Shown: positions 39,511-49,844, counted from the first letter of the stretch. The stretch: DNA of 64,000 nt from an uncultured Bdellovibrionales bacterium (GCA_964416595.1 CAYQES010000006.1:44414-108413), one strand, 5' to 3'. A program made the numbers and translations. The notes: a model not told the origin generated them from the letters alone.

Positions 39511-40432
39511 TCTTATTCCTCTCCACAATCTCCGCATTTCTCTGCAATCCCGCCCGCTTAGCCCGGGAAACGGCCCGTCCGCGAAACCGCTTTTTAAAGC
39601 CTTCCTCATCCAACCCTAAAATTTCCGCCAAAGGCAAATACTCCAAGGGGGGCGCGCCCACATCCACGCGGGCCTTGCGCAACGAATGCTCATTCCACGG
39701 GCAAACTTCTTGGCAGATATCGCAGCCTAGTAACCAATCGCCCATTTTCCCCTGAAACTCCGCCGGAATCGGGCCCCGATGTTCAATATTCCAGTAGGAT
39801 AAACACTTCTTACTGTCCACTGTGCGTAAGCCCTCAATGATCGCACCCGTAGGGCAAGCGTCCACGCAGCGGCGGCATTTTCCGCAGTGGTCGGCCATAG
39901 GCTCATCAGCCACAAGGGGCGCCCGGGTGATCACTTCACCCAACCAAAACCAAGATCCTTCTTCCGGGTGGATTAGCATGGCGTTTTTTCCAATCCAGCC
40001 GATACCCGCCTGGGCCGCCAAGGCCCGTTCGTTTAAGGGGCCAGTGTCCACATACGCAAGGCTTCCTTCCACTCCCGCCTTTTCATCCAAACGCCGCCCT
40101 AATTCTTCCAGCATCGGCAGCAAGCGATCGTGGTAATCCTCGTTCAAAGCGTAACGGGCGATTTTTCCACTCGCGCCATCCCCACCATCAACCACCGCCC
40201 CCCCAGGAAAGCGCAACGCACACACCACGGCGGCCCGCGCCCCGGGCAAAATGCTGCCTAAGGATTTTTTTCTTCGTAAATAAAACATATTTGCGCCGAA
40301 GCCCTGGTTCAGCCACCATTCGTGAAACTCGGCGCGCCCCCGGGAGAGTTCTCCGGAAATTCCGCAAAGAGAGAAGCCGAGAGACTGTGCCTCCTCTTTT
40401 ACCCAGGAAGAAAGATTCACAGCTCCGCCCAC
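39488..40432 (-). CDS. queG: Epoxyqueuosine reductase
   Basis: Two 4Fe-4S motifs, CGKCRRCVDACP and CDICQEVCPWN, are present together with a HEAT-like C-terminus. Confidence 0.85.
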   Translation of the reverse strand: MGGAVNLSSWVKEEAQSLGFSLCGISGELSRGRAEFHEWWLNQGFGANMFYLRRKKSLGSILPGARAAVVCALRFPGGAVVDGGDGASGKIARYALNEDYHDRLLPMLEELGRRLDEKAGVEGSLAYVDTGPLNERALAAQAGIGWIGKNAMLIHPEEGSWFWLGEVITRAPLVADEPMADHCGKCRRCVDACPTGAIIEGLRTVDSKKCLSYWNIEHRGPIPAEFQGKMGDWLLGCDICQEVCPWNEHSLRKARVDVGAPPLEYLPLAEILGLDEEGFKKRFRGRAVSRAKRAGLQRNAEIVERNKTKVPSPD

Positions 40433-41481
40433 ACCTGCTTGTGGAACTCAAGACGCGTGTCAATCCAGCGGCTGTCAGTTCTCGCGGGATGCACGCGGTT
40501 GGAAAGTAAAATCGCCATAGTGCCCGAGGGTTCGTGGAACCAGGCGCTTGTGCCCGTATAGCCGGTGTGCCCTAAGGCGCCGGCGAAGCCCGGGCCGGGG
40601 AAGGGGCGCAGGCCCGGATATGTCATGAAGCCGTAGGAGAAAATTCCGGGTGCTTCGATCCGGCGAGCCAAGAAAGAAGGATTTGCCTTCGCTTGTTTCC
40701 ACAAATGCTCAAACAACACCACCGATTCTCTTAAAGTAGAAAACAAGCCTGCGTGCCCCGCATAGCCCCCCAAGGACCAGCAGTTATCGTCGTGTACTTC
40801 GCCCTGGAGAGTTTTTTTCCGCCAAGGGCAAGTTTCCGTGGCCACAAAACGGGATTTTTCTGCGAGCAAGCCATACATACGGGCCGGGGCGGGGGCGTGG
40901 GGTAGAGTTACATAGCCAGAACTTTCCAACTTTAAACGCCCTACCATTCTCTCATGGAAAAGTTCCGGTAAATTTTTTCCGTACAAACTTTCCAACAAAA
41001 GCCCGAGTAGCATAAACCCTAAATCCGAATAAACCTGTTGGCCTAAATTAGGAAAGCCAGCTTCGCATATCCATGAAAGCAGGGGTTTTTGGTCTCCCAT
41101 CTGCGCCCGGCCTTCCTGAAAAAAACGAAAAAATTCAATGTGGGCGGGCAAGCCTGATCGGTGCACCATTAAATCCAGCAAGGTGGTTTCGGCCCGGGGA
41201 AAGAGCGTAAAATATTTTTGCACAGGATCGGTGAAGGCGATTTTGCCTTCGGATTCCGCGATCAACAACAAGCTCACCGTGGAAAGAATTTTCGAAACGG
41301 AAGCGAGGTCAAAAATCGAATCTTCGGCCACGGGTCGCTCGGCGCAACCCAAGCCCGGCCAGGCGTGTGAGCCCAAATAATGCTCCACATCTTTTTTTCC
41401 TGGGCGTCGCAAAAGAAAGGCGATGGCGCTGGCCTGCTTTTCGGCGAGAGCATTTTCTAGGAGGGCGATCGCTTTCTTCAT
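40417..41481 (-). CDS. Serine hydrolase, beta-lactamase family (class C / esterase-like)
   Basis: The S-x-x-K motif is LASVSKIL, and Y-x-N-like motifs follow. Confidence 0.75.
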   Translation of the reverse strand: MKKAIALLENALAEKQASAIAFLLRRPGKKDVEHYLGSHAWPGLGCAERPVAEDSIFDLASVSKILSTVSLLLIAESEGKIAFTDPVQKYFTLFPRAETTLLDLMVHRSGLPAHIEFFRFFQEGRAQMGDQKPLLSWICEAGFPNLGQQVYSDLGFMLLGLLLESLYGKNLPELFHERMVGRLKLESSGYVTLPHAPAPARMYGLLAEKSRFVATETCPWRKKTLQGEVHDDNCWSLGGYAGHAGLFSTLRESVVLFEHLWKQAKANPSFLARRIEAPGIFSYGFMTYPGLRPFPGPGFAGALGHTGYTGTSAWFHEPSGTMAILLSNRVHPARTDSRWIDTRLEFHKQVWAEL

Positions 41482-42105
41482 CTATGGCATCGATTGTAAC
41501 AGGGCGCGGGAACCGCCGATAGCTAGTTTCGCAGCGAAGAATACAAAGAGCAGGGCGACAGTGCGATAGAGGAGGTGCAGGTTTTTATTGCTCTGGAAAT
41601 AGGGGCGAAAAAAACCAAAGAGGTAGGCTAAGGATAAAGTGGACGCTAGCCACCCGAGCTCAAACAGCCCAATGAAAAGCCATTGGCCCCCGGGAACAAT
41701 GCTTCCCATGGCAATGGCTTGGGGCGTGCACACGGTGATCCAGAAAATCCAGGCCATGCCGTTCACGAGGGAGAGAAAAAACACCCGTTGGTTGCTAAAA
41801 AGCGGTTCATGTTCAGAAATTTCTTCCACGCGCCAAAGATCCCAGGCGAGGCTCGCCAAAATCAAGGCGCCAAACACACTTAAAATGGCAAAAATGGGAC
41901 TATCGGGGGGCAAAAAAGAAAGGGCCCCCACACAGGTAATAGACATCAACAACTCGCCGCAGCCAGCCCAGAGAATGATGCGGCGGGAACTTTTCCAGCC
42001 CTGGCGGATGGTTTCGGTAAACACAGCGGTGACAACGGGCCCCGGAATCAGGCCACATAAAAAGCCCAGGAACAAAACTTCTAGGAAGCGCAGCATGGCG
42101 GGCAA
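41482..42105 (-). CDS. LysE/RhtB-type amino-acid exporter
   Basis: The product is 207 aa with six predicted transmembrane segments. The N-terminus LFLGFLCGLIPGPVV is LysE-like. Confidence 0.65.
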   Translation of the reverse strand: MPAMLRFLEVLFLGFLCGLIPGPVVTAVFTETIRQGWKSSRRIILWAGCGELLMSITCVGALSFLPPDSPIFAILSVFGALILASLAWDLWRVEEISEHEPLFSNQRVFFLSLVNGMAWIFWITVCTPQAIAMGSIVPGGQWLFIGLFELGWLASTLSLAYLFGFFRPYFQSNKNLHLLYRTVALLFVFFAAKLAIGGSRALLQSMP

Positions 42106-42174
42106 GATAGCGAATTTTGTGGGCTGTCACAAGGGAGAGTGTCACGGAGAATTCTTCTGTGGTACAAAAGTTCC

Positions 42175-43011
42175 ATGCAAAAACACGATTTAAAAGAAAA
42201 AGCGAAAGAGCTAAGAGTTTGGTGCATCAAGATGATTACCGCTGCGGGCAATGGTCACCCCGGTGGCAGCCTTTCTTTGGCGGATCTCATCACGGCCTTT
42301 TATTTTCAGCTCTTAAAACATGACCCCAAAAATCCCACCTGGAAAGAACGGGATCGTTTTATTTTAAGTAAAGGCCACGGCGTTCCCGCGCTCTACGCAG
42401 CCATGGCCATGACAGGCTATTTCCCCACGGAAAAACTCATGACCCTCCGTCAGCTGGGCTCACCCCTCCAAGGCCACCCAGATCGCCATCGTTTGCCCGG
42501 CATTGAAGCCAGCACCGGCAGCTTGGGCCAAGGCCTATCGATCGCTCAGGGTGCGGCCCTCGCCATGCGTTTGGATAAAATTGATTCCATGGTTTACTGC
42601 GTGATGGGCGATGGCGAGATCCAAGAGGGCCAAGTGTGGGAAGCAGCCCTTTCCATCCCCATGCACAAACTCGATCACGTTTGCGCCATTGTAGATTGGA
42701 ACAAAGGCCAGATCGATGGCCAGGTGAAAGACGTAATGAATATCGAACCAATCGGCGAAAAATTCGCGGCCTTTGGCTGGAATGTGCTGGAAGTGGATGG
42801 TCATGATTTCCCCGCCATCATAGGTGCCGTGGAAAAAGCCAAAGCTAACGCGAAGGCGGGCACAGGAAAACCCACCCTGATCGTGGCGGATACGGTTAAA
42901 GGAAAAGGCGTGAAGTTTATGGAAGAAGGAAAAAATGCGTGGCACGGAGCTGCACCAACTTCCGAACAAGCCAAAGCCGCTTTGGAAGAACTTTTAAAGG
43001 CCACGAGCTAA
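42175..43011 (+). CDS. Transketolase, N-terminal (thiamine-diphosphate-binding) subunit of a split enzyme
   Basis: The ThDP motif is GHPGGSLSLADL...GDGE..EG. The GTG-initiated ORF begins at 42139. The ATG at 42175 gives a canonical ~278-aa subunit. Confidence 0.85.
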   Translation: MQKHDLKEKAKELRVWCIKMITAAGNGHPGGSLSLADLITAFYFQLLKHDPKNPTWKERDRFILSKGHGVPALYAAMAMTGYFPTEKLMTLRQLGSPLQGHPDRHRLPGIEASTGSLGQGLSIAQGAALAMRLDKIDSMVYCVMGDGEIQEGQVWEAALSIPMHKLDHVCAIVDWNKGQIDGQVKDVMNIEPIGEKFAAFGWNVLEVDGHDFPAIIGAVEKAKANAKAGTGKPTLIVADTVKGKGVKFMEEGKNAWHGAAPTSEQAKAALEELLKATS

Positions 43012-43022
43012 AGGAGAAAACG

Positions 43023-43967
43023 ATGATCGATACAAGCGTAAAACCTGTGGCTACCCGGCAAAGTTTTGGAGAGACTCTCGCAAAGCTCGGGGAAAAATAC
43101 CCAGAGATCGTGGTGCTCGATGCGGATCTTGCAAAATCCACCAAGAGTGAATTGTTCGCCAAAAAATTCCCTAACCGCTTTTTTGAAATGGGCATTTCCG
43201 AAGCCAATATGATTGGCGCCGGTGCGGGTTTGGCCTTGAATGGCAAGGTGCCTTTCATTTGTAGCTTTGGTTGCTTCGTGACGGGACGCTTCGACCAGAT
43301 CCGCATGTCCGTGGCCTATTCTCGTGCTCGGGTGCGCATCGTGGGCACCCATTCCGGCGTGGGCATCGGGGAAGATGGTCACTCGCAAATGGCCTTGGAA
43401 GATTTGGCGTGTTTGCGCACTCTTCCCGAGATGGCCGTTTTGCAACCGGCCGATGATATTGAAACCGCCGCCATGGTGGAAGAGCTCGTGCACTACCCGC
43501 ACCCGGCCTACCTCAGGCTCACTCGGCAGAATGTGCCGAGAGTGCATAAAGCGGATACCAAGTTTGCTATCGGCAAAATCCATTCGTTGAAACCCGGAAA
43601 AGACGTGATGGTTCTCGCCACCGGCGGCGTAGTAGGCGAAGCCCTGGAAGCTGCGGCTACTTTAGAGAAGCAAGGCATTAGCGCGGAAGTGGCCAACGTT
43701 TCGAGCCTTAAACCTTTGGATGAAGCTTTCTTAAAAGAAGCCTGCAAGCGCCACAAAAAATTTATCACCATCGAAGATCATTACATCATTGGTGGCTTGG
43801 GCGGCGCGATCGCCGAATTCTTGACGGGCCAGGGCCACGGGAAACTTTCCCGCATTGGTGTGGGCGAAGAGTTTGGCCAAAGCGGAACTCCCGAAGCCCT
43901 CTATGATGCCTATGGTTTATCCCATCCGCACCTCACTCGTAAGATCCAGGAGTTCGTGAGAAGTTAA
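43023..43967 (+). CDS. Transketolase, C-terminal (pyrimidine-binding plus C-terminal domain) subunit
   Basis: The RBS AAGGAG lies at 43012-43017. The segments FEMGISEANMIGAGAGLA and VRIVGTHSGVGIGEDGHSQM were read directly. Confidence 0.85.
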   Translation: MIDTSVKPVATRQSFGETLAKLGEKYPEIVVLDADLAKSTKSELFAKKFPNRFFEMGISEANMIGAGAGLALNGKVPFICSFGCFVTGRFDQIRMSVAYSRARVRIVGTHSGVGIGEDGHSQMALEDLACLRTLPEMAVLQPADDIETAAMVEELVHYPHPAYLRLTRQNVPRVHKADTKFAIGKIHSLKPGKDVMVLATGGVVGEALEAAATLEKQGISAEVANVSSLKPLDEAFLKEACKRHKKFITIEDHYIIGGLGGAIAEFLTGQGHGKLSRIGVGEEFGQSGTPEALYDAYGLSHPHLTRKIQEFVRS

Positions 43968-44374
43968 TGCCTGCCTATCTCGATCATATCGGCATTGCTG
44001 TTACGGAACATTCCCGCCTGGCGGAAGCGCTGGAAGTTTTGGGATTGAAGGTGACAGGCCAAGAGCGCGTGGAGCGGGAAAAGGTGGATACTGTTTGGAT
44101 CCCACTGCCCGTGAAGCAAGGCAATGTGGAACTGTTAAAACCCACAGAACCCGACAGCGTGATCGGAAAATTCCTGGCTAAATCCGGCCGAGATGGCATC
44201 CATCATTTGAGTTTTAGGGTGGATGATATCGGGGAAGTTTCTGGAAAATTAGCGGCCGCGGGATTTCGTTTGATCTATCCCCAGGCGAAACCTGGAGCCC
44301 ACGGCACTTTGGTGAATTTCATTCACCCGCAAACTACGGGTGGAGTGCTGCTGGAGATTTCGGAGAAAACTTAG
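43967..44374 (+). CDS. VOC-family protein, methylmalonyl-CoA epimerase-like
   Basis: The N-terminus LDHIGIAV is typical of VOC/glyoxalase folds. Metal ligands H and E lie in the HHLSFRVDD segment. The start overlaps the upstream stop (TAATG). Confidence 0.65.
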   Translation: MPAYLDHIGIAVTEHSRLAEALEVLGLKVTGQERVEREKVDTVWIPLPVKQGNVELLKPTEPDSVIGKFLAKSGRDGIHHLSFRVDDIGEVSGKLAAAGFRLIYPQAKPGAHGTLVNFIHPQTTGGVLLEISEKT

Positions 44375-44706
44375 TCCGTTCCCCGCAGCAAAAACTGATG
44401 GAAAAACTTTTTCAATTCCATGCGGTTTGTTTCTGAGAGATTCAAAAATTCGTAGGCGCAGCCTTTATGGTCGCCTTTTTTTGCTTCCCGAACGATGCGG
44501 GCCGTGAGGTTTTGTAAACGTTTGCCATTGGGCAGGGTGAAAGTGAGTTGGGAGAAGGGCTCCTGGCTGCTCACGCAAAAGCGATTGCGCAGGAAAATGC
44601 CTTCTTCTGAAATATCTTTGGCCTCATAGGCGAAGAAATAGTCCCCATTGGTTTCTTTCACGGAGATTTTGAGCGCGAGACGATCTGAATTACGACGTTC
44701 CAACAT
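44371..44706 (-). CDS. PilZ-domain protein (c-di-GMP receptor), ~111 aa
   Basis: The PilZ motifs are RRNSDR (RxxxR) and DISEEGIFL (DxSxxG). The internal ATG at 44706 was chosen. The long ORF extends to 44883 with a Cys-rich N-terminus that also overlaps the divergent rhomboid upstream region. Confidence 0.55.
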   Translation of the reverse strand: MLERRNSDRLALKISVKETNGDYFFAYEAKDISEEGIFLRNRFCVSSQEPFSQLTFTLPNGKRLQNLTARIVREAKKGDHKGCAYEFLNLSETNRMELKKFFHQFLLRGTD

Positions 44707-44927
44707 AAGATCCTTCAACTGGCACAGCGAGCAGCAGCGGGGGTGTGTCTGGGCTGTGCATTCCAGATACCCGCCGCCCCTTGTGCAGGGGTTGTGCCAC
44801 AGTGCTTTACCTTTAAATGAGTAAGAAAAACAGGTAGTTATGGAGAAAGGTGCAAGCCGACCCTGAAAGCAAATCTGTCTCAAAACTAGACAGTTGCGAC
44901 CCCCATGCTACACTATTCTCTAACGTT

Positions 44928-45668
44928 ATGAACCGTTTCGCCCCGCAATTAGCTGCCCCGCCCATGACCCCCCTCGTGAAGGGGGTATTGATTGCTTCCG
45001 TGCTGTTCTTCCTCCTGCAATTGGCGGGAGATTCCTTAGGCTTTTCTCTCGTGGGAGTTTTGGGGTTTGTGCCCGCTAAATTGGCCGAGGGCTGGATTTG
45101 GCAGGTGTTCACCTATGTGTTTCTGCATGGGGGCCTGTTTCACATGCTCTTCAATCTCTTGGTGATTTGGAGCGTGGGAGGGGAGCTTGAGAACCTCTGG
45201 GGAACTAAGGTTTTTGCGGCATTTTTTGTGGTCTGTGCCGTGGGGGCGGCGATCGTTCATGGGATTTTTAGTCTAGTGAGCATTGGCCCCGGGGCCCTCT
45301 CGCCCGTGGTGGGATCGTCCGGGGTGGTCTATGGCCTGCTCTTGGCCTACGGGATCCTCTTTGGGGAGCGGATGATGTATTTCTTCCTGCTTTTTCCCAT
45401 GCCCGCCAAGTATTTCGTGATGATTTTGGGGGCCATTGAGCTCGTTTCCAGCGTTTTTTACGGCAAAGACGGCATTTCCCACCTGGCCCATTTAGGCGGC
45501 ATGGCCTTTGGCTTTTTCTTCCTGATCAGCATGGCCGCCTGGCGCCGCCGCTCCCGGGGCGATCATAAATTCGCCCAAGAGGAGCGAGAGCGCAAAAAAC
45601 GCCTCAAAAAAGCCGGGCATTTGCGCCTCGTGGCGGAAGAAGATGAAGATCCTAAGCACTGGAATTGA
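44928..45668 (+). CDS. Rhomboid-family intramembrane serine protease
   Basis: The GxSG motif is VGSSGVVYGL. The catalytic His lies in HLAHLGGMAFG. About six transmembrane segments are predicted. Confidence 0.8.
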   Translation: MNRFAPQLAAPPMTPLVKGVLIASVLFFLLQLAGDSLGFSLVGVLGFVPAKLAEGWIWQVFTYVFLHGGLFHMLFNLLVIWSVGGELENLWGTKVFAAFFVVCAVGAAIVHGIFSLVSIGPGALSPVVGSSGVVYGLLLAYGILFGERMMYFFLLFPMPAKYFVMILGAIELVSSVFYGKDGISHLAHLGGMAFGFFFLISMAAWRRRSRGDHKFAQEERERKKRLKKAGHLRLVAEEDEDPKHWN

Positions 45669-45727
45669 CGGCCAGAAGCCTGCATGGTAACCCCATTAGT
45701 CTATCAATCTTATAGTGAGGAATTGCC

Positions 45728-46009
45728 ATGGGCCTCTTTGAAGCGCACGAAGAGAAAAAATTAGACGTACGGGTAACGGAACGGGCACGACTTTTCGGCC
45801 GTTTGGATCGTAAAGCCCACGAACAGCTTTTAAAATCTTTGCCTGACGAAGCAGAGCGCGGCCAATACGTGAACGTGGACGAGCTCAATGCCCGGGACAA
45901 TCCTGTGCACATGGCCCGGAACCTTCCCAACTTGGATGCTCCCGTTCGCCGCAATATCGAAGATCTTGAGTTTGATTCGGATGAAGCGAATCGTTCTTTT
46001 GAGCAGTAG
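45728..46009 (+). CDS. Hypothetical small acidic protein
   Basis: The 93-aa ORF has an ATG and an RBS-like GAGGAA upstream. No motif was recognised. Confidence 0.35.
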   Translation: MGLFEAHEEKKLDVRVTERARLFGRLDRKAHEQLLKSLPDEAERGQYVNVDELNARDNPVHMARNLPNLDAPVRRNIEDLEFDSDEANRSFEQ

Positions 46010-46041
46010 TGTCCGGCTACTTTTTGTGTCGCAGTTGCGTT

Positions 46042-46076
46042 AAAAAAGGCCGAACTCGAGAGGGTTTGGCTTTTTT
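46042..46076. terminator. Bidirectional intrinsic terminator between convergent genes (A-run, imperfect 7-bp stem, T6)
   Basis: The sequence is aaaaaaGGCCGAAC-tcgagagg-GTTTGGCtttttt. Confidence 0.45.
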
Positions 46077-46164
46077 GTTTTAGGGCTCCGCAGCTCGTTT
46101 CAAAACGAAGCCGAGACTGTGCACCGTGAACCGAGAACAGCGAACTGAAAAACAGATTTTCCCA

Positions 46165-46719
46165 CTACTGCACCAAAAAACTCGTAAACAAAACATCCAC
46201 GATCGCAGCATCCTTCAAGAAAGAATTCACTTTCCCCAAAATCTCATGCTTCACGCGAAACTTTACTTCCAAAGATCCTAACTCAGTATAGGAGCGGGAA
46301 CTGATTCCAGTTTGAATGGCATCTTCAATTTTGGCTTTGTTGGCTTTCACTTGCTGGAAACAAGACTCGGATCCGCAAATCAAAGTTACTTCCACCGTGG
46401 CGTAATGGTTTTTTCCGCCCTGGGGGCTTTTCAAGGTGATGGTCATTTCCGGATAGGATTCGGCAAAAAAACCATCGCCCACTTGCACCTTGGTGGCTTC
46501 TTTTGTGATCTTTTGCACCACTTGGGTTTCGGTGATGGCGGGTTTTTTGTAGAGGAGGCTTGCCCACACAATAAATCCAAGTCCGCCCAGCATTACGAGC
46601 AAATTCCCCGCCACAAAAGCGAACTGCGGCAGCGGCATGCCCATAATCATTTTTGGGCCAGCCGGTGCTTCTTTTTCTTTGTCAGCGGAGGCATCTGCTG
46701 CTGGTTTTTCGTCGGCCAC
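46165..46719 (-). CDS. fliL: Flagellar basal-body-associated protein FliL
   Basis: The product is 184 aa. It has an N-terminal charged region, a single transmembrane helix (FAFVAGNLLVMLGGLGFIVWASL) and a periplasmic FliL-like domain. Confidence 0.55.
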   Translation of the reverse strand: MADEKPAADASADKEKEAPAGPKMIMGMPLPQFAFVAGNLLVMLGGLGFIVWASLLYKKPAITETQVVQKITKEATKVQVGDGFFAESYPEMTITLKSPQGGKNHYATVEVTLICGSESCFQQVKANKAKIEDAIQTGISSRSYTELGSLEVKFRVKHEILGKVNSFLKDAAIVDVLFTSFLVQ

Positions 46720-46777
46720 GGTAACTCCTTACGTTAACTTTAACCCGCAAGGCCAGGGAAAGCGAAGCAAGAAAGGC

Positions 46778-47896
46778 TTATAGCCTCACTGCTTCATAGG
46801 GCAGATTCAAATCATCAGCCACTTGTTTATAGGCCACTTTGCCGCCATGCACGTTTACACCTTTGTAGAGCGCTTTATCCATGCTGATGGCTTTTTGGAA
46901 GCCATTATCGGCCAAGAGCAGAGCGTATTTCATGGTGCGGTTGGTGAGCGCATAAGTAGAAGTTTGGGCCACGGCACCGGGCATATTGGTCACGCCGTAG
47001 TGGATCACGTTTTCTTCCCGGAAGATTGGATCCGAGTGGGAGGTAGGACGAATCGTTTCGATGCAACCACCTTGGTCGATGGAAACATCCACCACCACGG
47101 AATTGGGTTCCATTTGTTTGATCATATCCCGGGTCACGAGTTTTGGAGCTTTTGCTCCGGCGATCAGCACGGTGCCGATCACGAGGTCCGCTTCTTTTAC
47201 GGCCTTCTCGATATTCACGGGGTTGGAGTAAAGGGTGTTAATGGAATTTTTGAAGATATCGTCGAGGTACTGGAGGCGATTCATGTTCACATCCAAAATC
47301 GTAACCTGAGCGCCCATGCCCATGGCGATGATCGCCGCGTTGGTGCCGGCCACGCCGCCGCCGATCACGGCAACTTTTCCGCGGCGAACGCCGGGCACGC
47401 CGGAGAGCAGAATGCCTTTTCCGCCTTCATTTTTCTGTAAGTAGCGGGCGCCGATTTGGGTGGCCATGCGTCCGGCCACTTCGCTCATGGGAGTCAGGAG
47501 CGGCAAGCCGCCGTCGTCTAATTGAATGGTTTCATAGGCCACGGCGGAAACTTTTCGTTCCATGAGTTGTTTGGTGAGCTCGGGTTCTGCAGCCAAGTGC
47601 AAATAGGTGTAGAGGATCAAGCCTGGTTTCATGTGGCCATATTCTGCTTGGATCGGCTCTTTTACTTTGATCACCATATCGGCCCTGTCCCAAACTTCTT
47701 TGGCGGAATCGATGATGGTGGCACCGGCTTTGGCGTAAGCATCGTCGGAGGCGCCGATGCCTTGGCCCGCTTTCGTTTCCACGATCAATTTGTGACCGCG
47801 GTGAACAAGCATTTGCACACCACCGGGAGTTAAGCCCACGCGGTTTTCGTTATTTTTAATTTCCTTCGGTACACCGATGATCATAGCCACTCCCAA
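46778..47896 (-). CDS. ald: Alanine dehydrogenase
   Basis: The N-terminus [23 protein letters not shown] and the NAD-binding motif [10 protein letters not shown] were read directly. Confidence 0.9.
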   Translation of the reverse strand: MGVAMIIGVPKEIKNNENRVGLTPGGVQMLVHRGHKLIVETKAGQGIGASDDAYAKAGATIIDSAKEVWDRADMVIKVKEPIQAEYGHMKPGLILYTYLHLAAEPELTKQLMERKVSAVAYETIQLDDGGLPLLTPMSEVAGRMATQIGARYLQKNEGGKGILLSGVPGVRRGKVAVIGGGVAGTNAAIIAMGMGAQVTILDVNMNRLQYLDDIFKNSINTLYSNPVNIEKAVKEADLVIGTVLIAGAKAPKLVTRDMIKQMEPNSVVVDVSIDQGGCIETIRPTSHSDPIFREENVIHYGVTNMPGAVAQTSTYALTNRTMKYALLLADNGFQKAISMDKALYKGVNVHGGKVAYKQVADDLNLPYEAVRL

Positions 47897-47911
47897 TGGT
47901 TTTTATTTATC

Positions 47912-48724
47912 TTAAGGCAGGCGTAATTGCATGCCGTCGTAGGCGGGCACCATTCCCCGCGGAAGCGATTTGCGAAATGCTTCGTATTCCAATTCGTGAC
48001 TCATATGAGTGAACACCGTTTTTCTGGCGCCAATCCGGCGCGCATACTCTAAGGCGAGGTCCACATGCAAATGAGTGGAATGCGGTTTAGGCCGGAGGCA
48101 ATCGAGCACGAGCACATCCAGGCCTCGCATTTTCGCGATCGTTTCGTCAGGAATATAGCTGCAATCTGTGAGGTAGGCAAATTGCCCTATGCGGAATCCG
48201 AGGGTGCCAATTTTCCCGTGGGCTAAAACCAAAGGTGTGACTATTATTTTATGCAATAGAGCGTCATGGCAGGAACTAAGAGTAAAAGGGTCATGATTGA
48301 TGGGGTGCAAGATAAGCCGGGGAACTCCACCCCCCTCTTGGTAGGGGTGAAAGATATAGGAAAATTTGGTTTTGATTTCTTCCAGGGCATGATTTTCCCC
48401 GTAGAGGGGGATGGGGCCCTTCTGGTGAAAATTAAAAGGACGGATGTCATCGAGGCCGTGGAGATGGTCCGCATGGGTGTGGGTGAGAAGAATGGCATCC
48501 AGCTGGGCTTTTTTCGGGAAAAAACGCAGCACTTGTTGCCGAAGATCCGGAGCAGTATCCACCAAGATGGCTGGTCCTCCCCGGCCGAAAGGTTCGATCA
48601 GCACGCTCGCCCTTAGCCGCCAGTTTTTAGGGTTTTTGAATTGGGGCTTTCCCTGCATGCCGATCATCGGCACGCCCACGGAGGTGCCACAACCCAAAAT
48701 GGTGACCACCATTTTTTTCTTCAT
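47912..48724 (-). CDS. MBL-fold metallo-hydrolase
   Basis: The HxHxDH motif is HTHADHLHG. Confidence 0.75.
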   Translation of the reverse strand: MKKKMVVTILGCGTSVGVPMIGMQGKPQFKNPKNWRLRASVLIEPFGRGGPAILVDTAPDLRQQVLRFFPKKAQLDAILLTHTHADHLHGLDDIRPFNFHQKGPIPLYGENHALEEIKTKFSYIFHPYQEGGGVPRLILHPINHDPFTLSSCHDALLHKIIVTPLVLAHGKIGTLGFRIGQFAYLTDCSYIPDETIAKMRGLDVLVLDCLRPKPHSTHLHVDLALEYARRIGARKTVFTHMSHELEYEAFRKSLPRGMVPAYDGMQLRLP

Positions 48725-48827
48725 AGCGGGAGACTAACGGTAACTCCTCCGGCGAGCAAGAGCGAGGGGGTAATTGCGCTCTGCGTTTGGGGACGACAAT
48801 TCCCTTCCGCCCACGTAAGATAGCCCC

Positions 48828-49817
48828 ATGAAAGTTTTAGTCACCGGCGCTTCGGGTTTTGTGGGCAGCACTTTGTGCGAAGAATTGCATAGCCGCGGTT
48901 TGGATGTGCATTGCTTGCTTCGCTCCACAAGTTCCCTAGAGAATCTCACCTCCGCTACATTTCAAAGAGTGGATGGAGACTTAAGCAATGAGCGTGCTTT
49001 GCAAAAAGCCGTAGATGGCGCCGAGCTCATTTTCCATGTGGCCGGCAAAGTGGCCTCGAAAGATCGGGAGGGATTTTTCCGGGCCAATAGCGAGGGCACA
49101 AAAAATCTTTTACGAGCCGTGGAAAGCTCCAAACAGAAACCTCGTTTTGTGTACGTGAGTTCTTTGGCGGCCGCGGGGCCTTCCACTCCCACGCGAGCAA
49201 GAATTGAGAGCGATCCCAACACTCCCGTTTCCGATTACGGTGCTAGTAAACTCGCCGGGGAAGAAGCGGTGCTCGAGTGCCGGGAAAAATTTCCTGTCAC
49301 CATCGTGCGCCCGCCAGCAGTGTATGGTCCGAGAGATAAAGGTGTGTTCACTTTTTTCCAAGCGATCCAAAAGGGCATACTGCCACTTTTAGGAATGCGA
49401 CAAGCGGAGCCCCGGCGCTATAGCTTCGTGCACGTGGCGGATCTTGTGCAAGGCTTGGTGTTGGCCGGTGTGCACGCCAATTCCCGATCGGGAGAAGTTT
49501 TTTATGTGGCGGGTGATGGGGAATACACCTGGGAAGAAGCCATGGGTTTCATTGCGGCGGGCATGGAAAAACAAACTTTATCTTTGCCCATTCCCTTGGT
49601 GGCCTTGAAGGGTGCAGCTTTCGCTTGCTCCGCTTACACCAAGGCCTTTGGCAAGGTGCTGCCCTTTTCCATCGACAAAGCCAAAGAGATTTCTGCACCC
49701 GCTTGGACATGCTCCAACCAGAAAGCCAAGCGGGAGTGGGGTTTCGAGCCCCACTGGGAATTGGCCCGGGGTTTAAGCCATACGGCGCGGTGGTATAAGG
49801 AAAATGGCTGGTTGTAG
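48828..49817 (+). CDS. NAD-dependent epimerase/dehydratase (extended SDR)
   Basis: The Rossmann motif is TGASGFVGSTL. The catalytic YGASK motif is present. Confidence 0.8.
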   Translation: MKVLVTGASGFVGSTLCEELHSRGLDVHCLLRSTSSLENLTSATFQRVDGDLSNERALQKAVDGAELIFHVAGKVASKDREGFFRANSEGTKNLLRAVESSKQKPRFVYVSSLAAAGPSTPTRARIESDPNTPVSDYGASKLAGEEAVLECREKFPVTIVRPPAVYGPRDKGVFTFFQAIQKGILPLLGMRQAEPRRYSFVHVADLVQGLVLAGVHANSRSGEVFYVAGDGEYTWEEAMGFIAAGMEKQTLSLPIPLVALKGAAFACSAYTKAFGKVLPFSIDKAKEISAPAWTCSNQKAKREWGFEPHWELARGLSHTARWYKENGWL

Positions 49818-49844
49818 GGCGAGTGGACGTTAGCGGGCCGCGCT

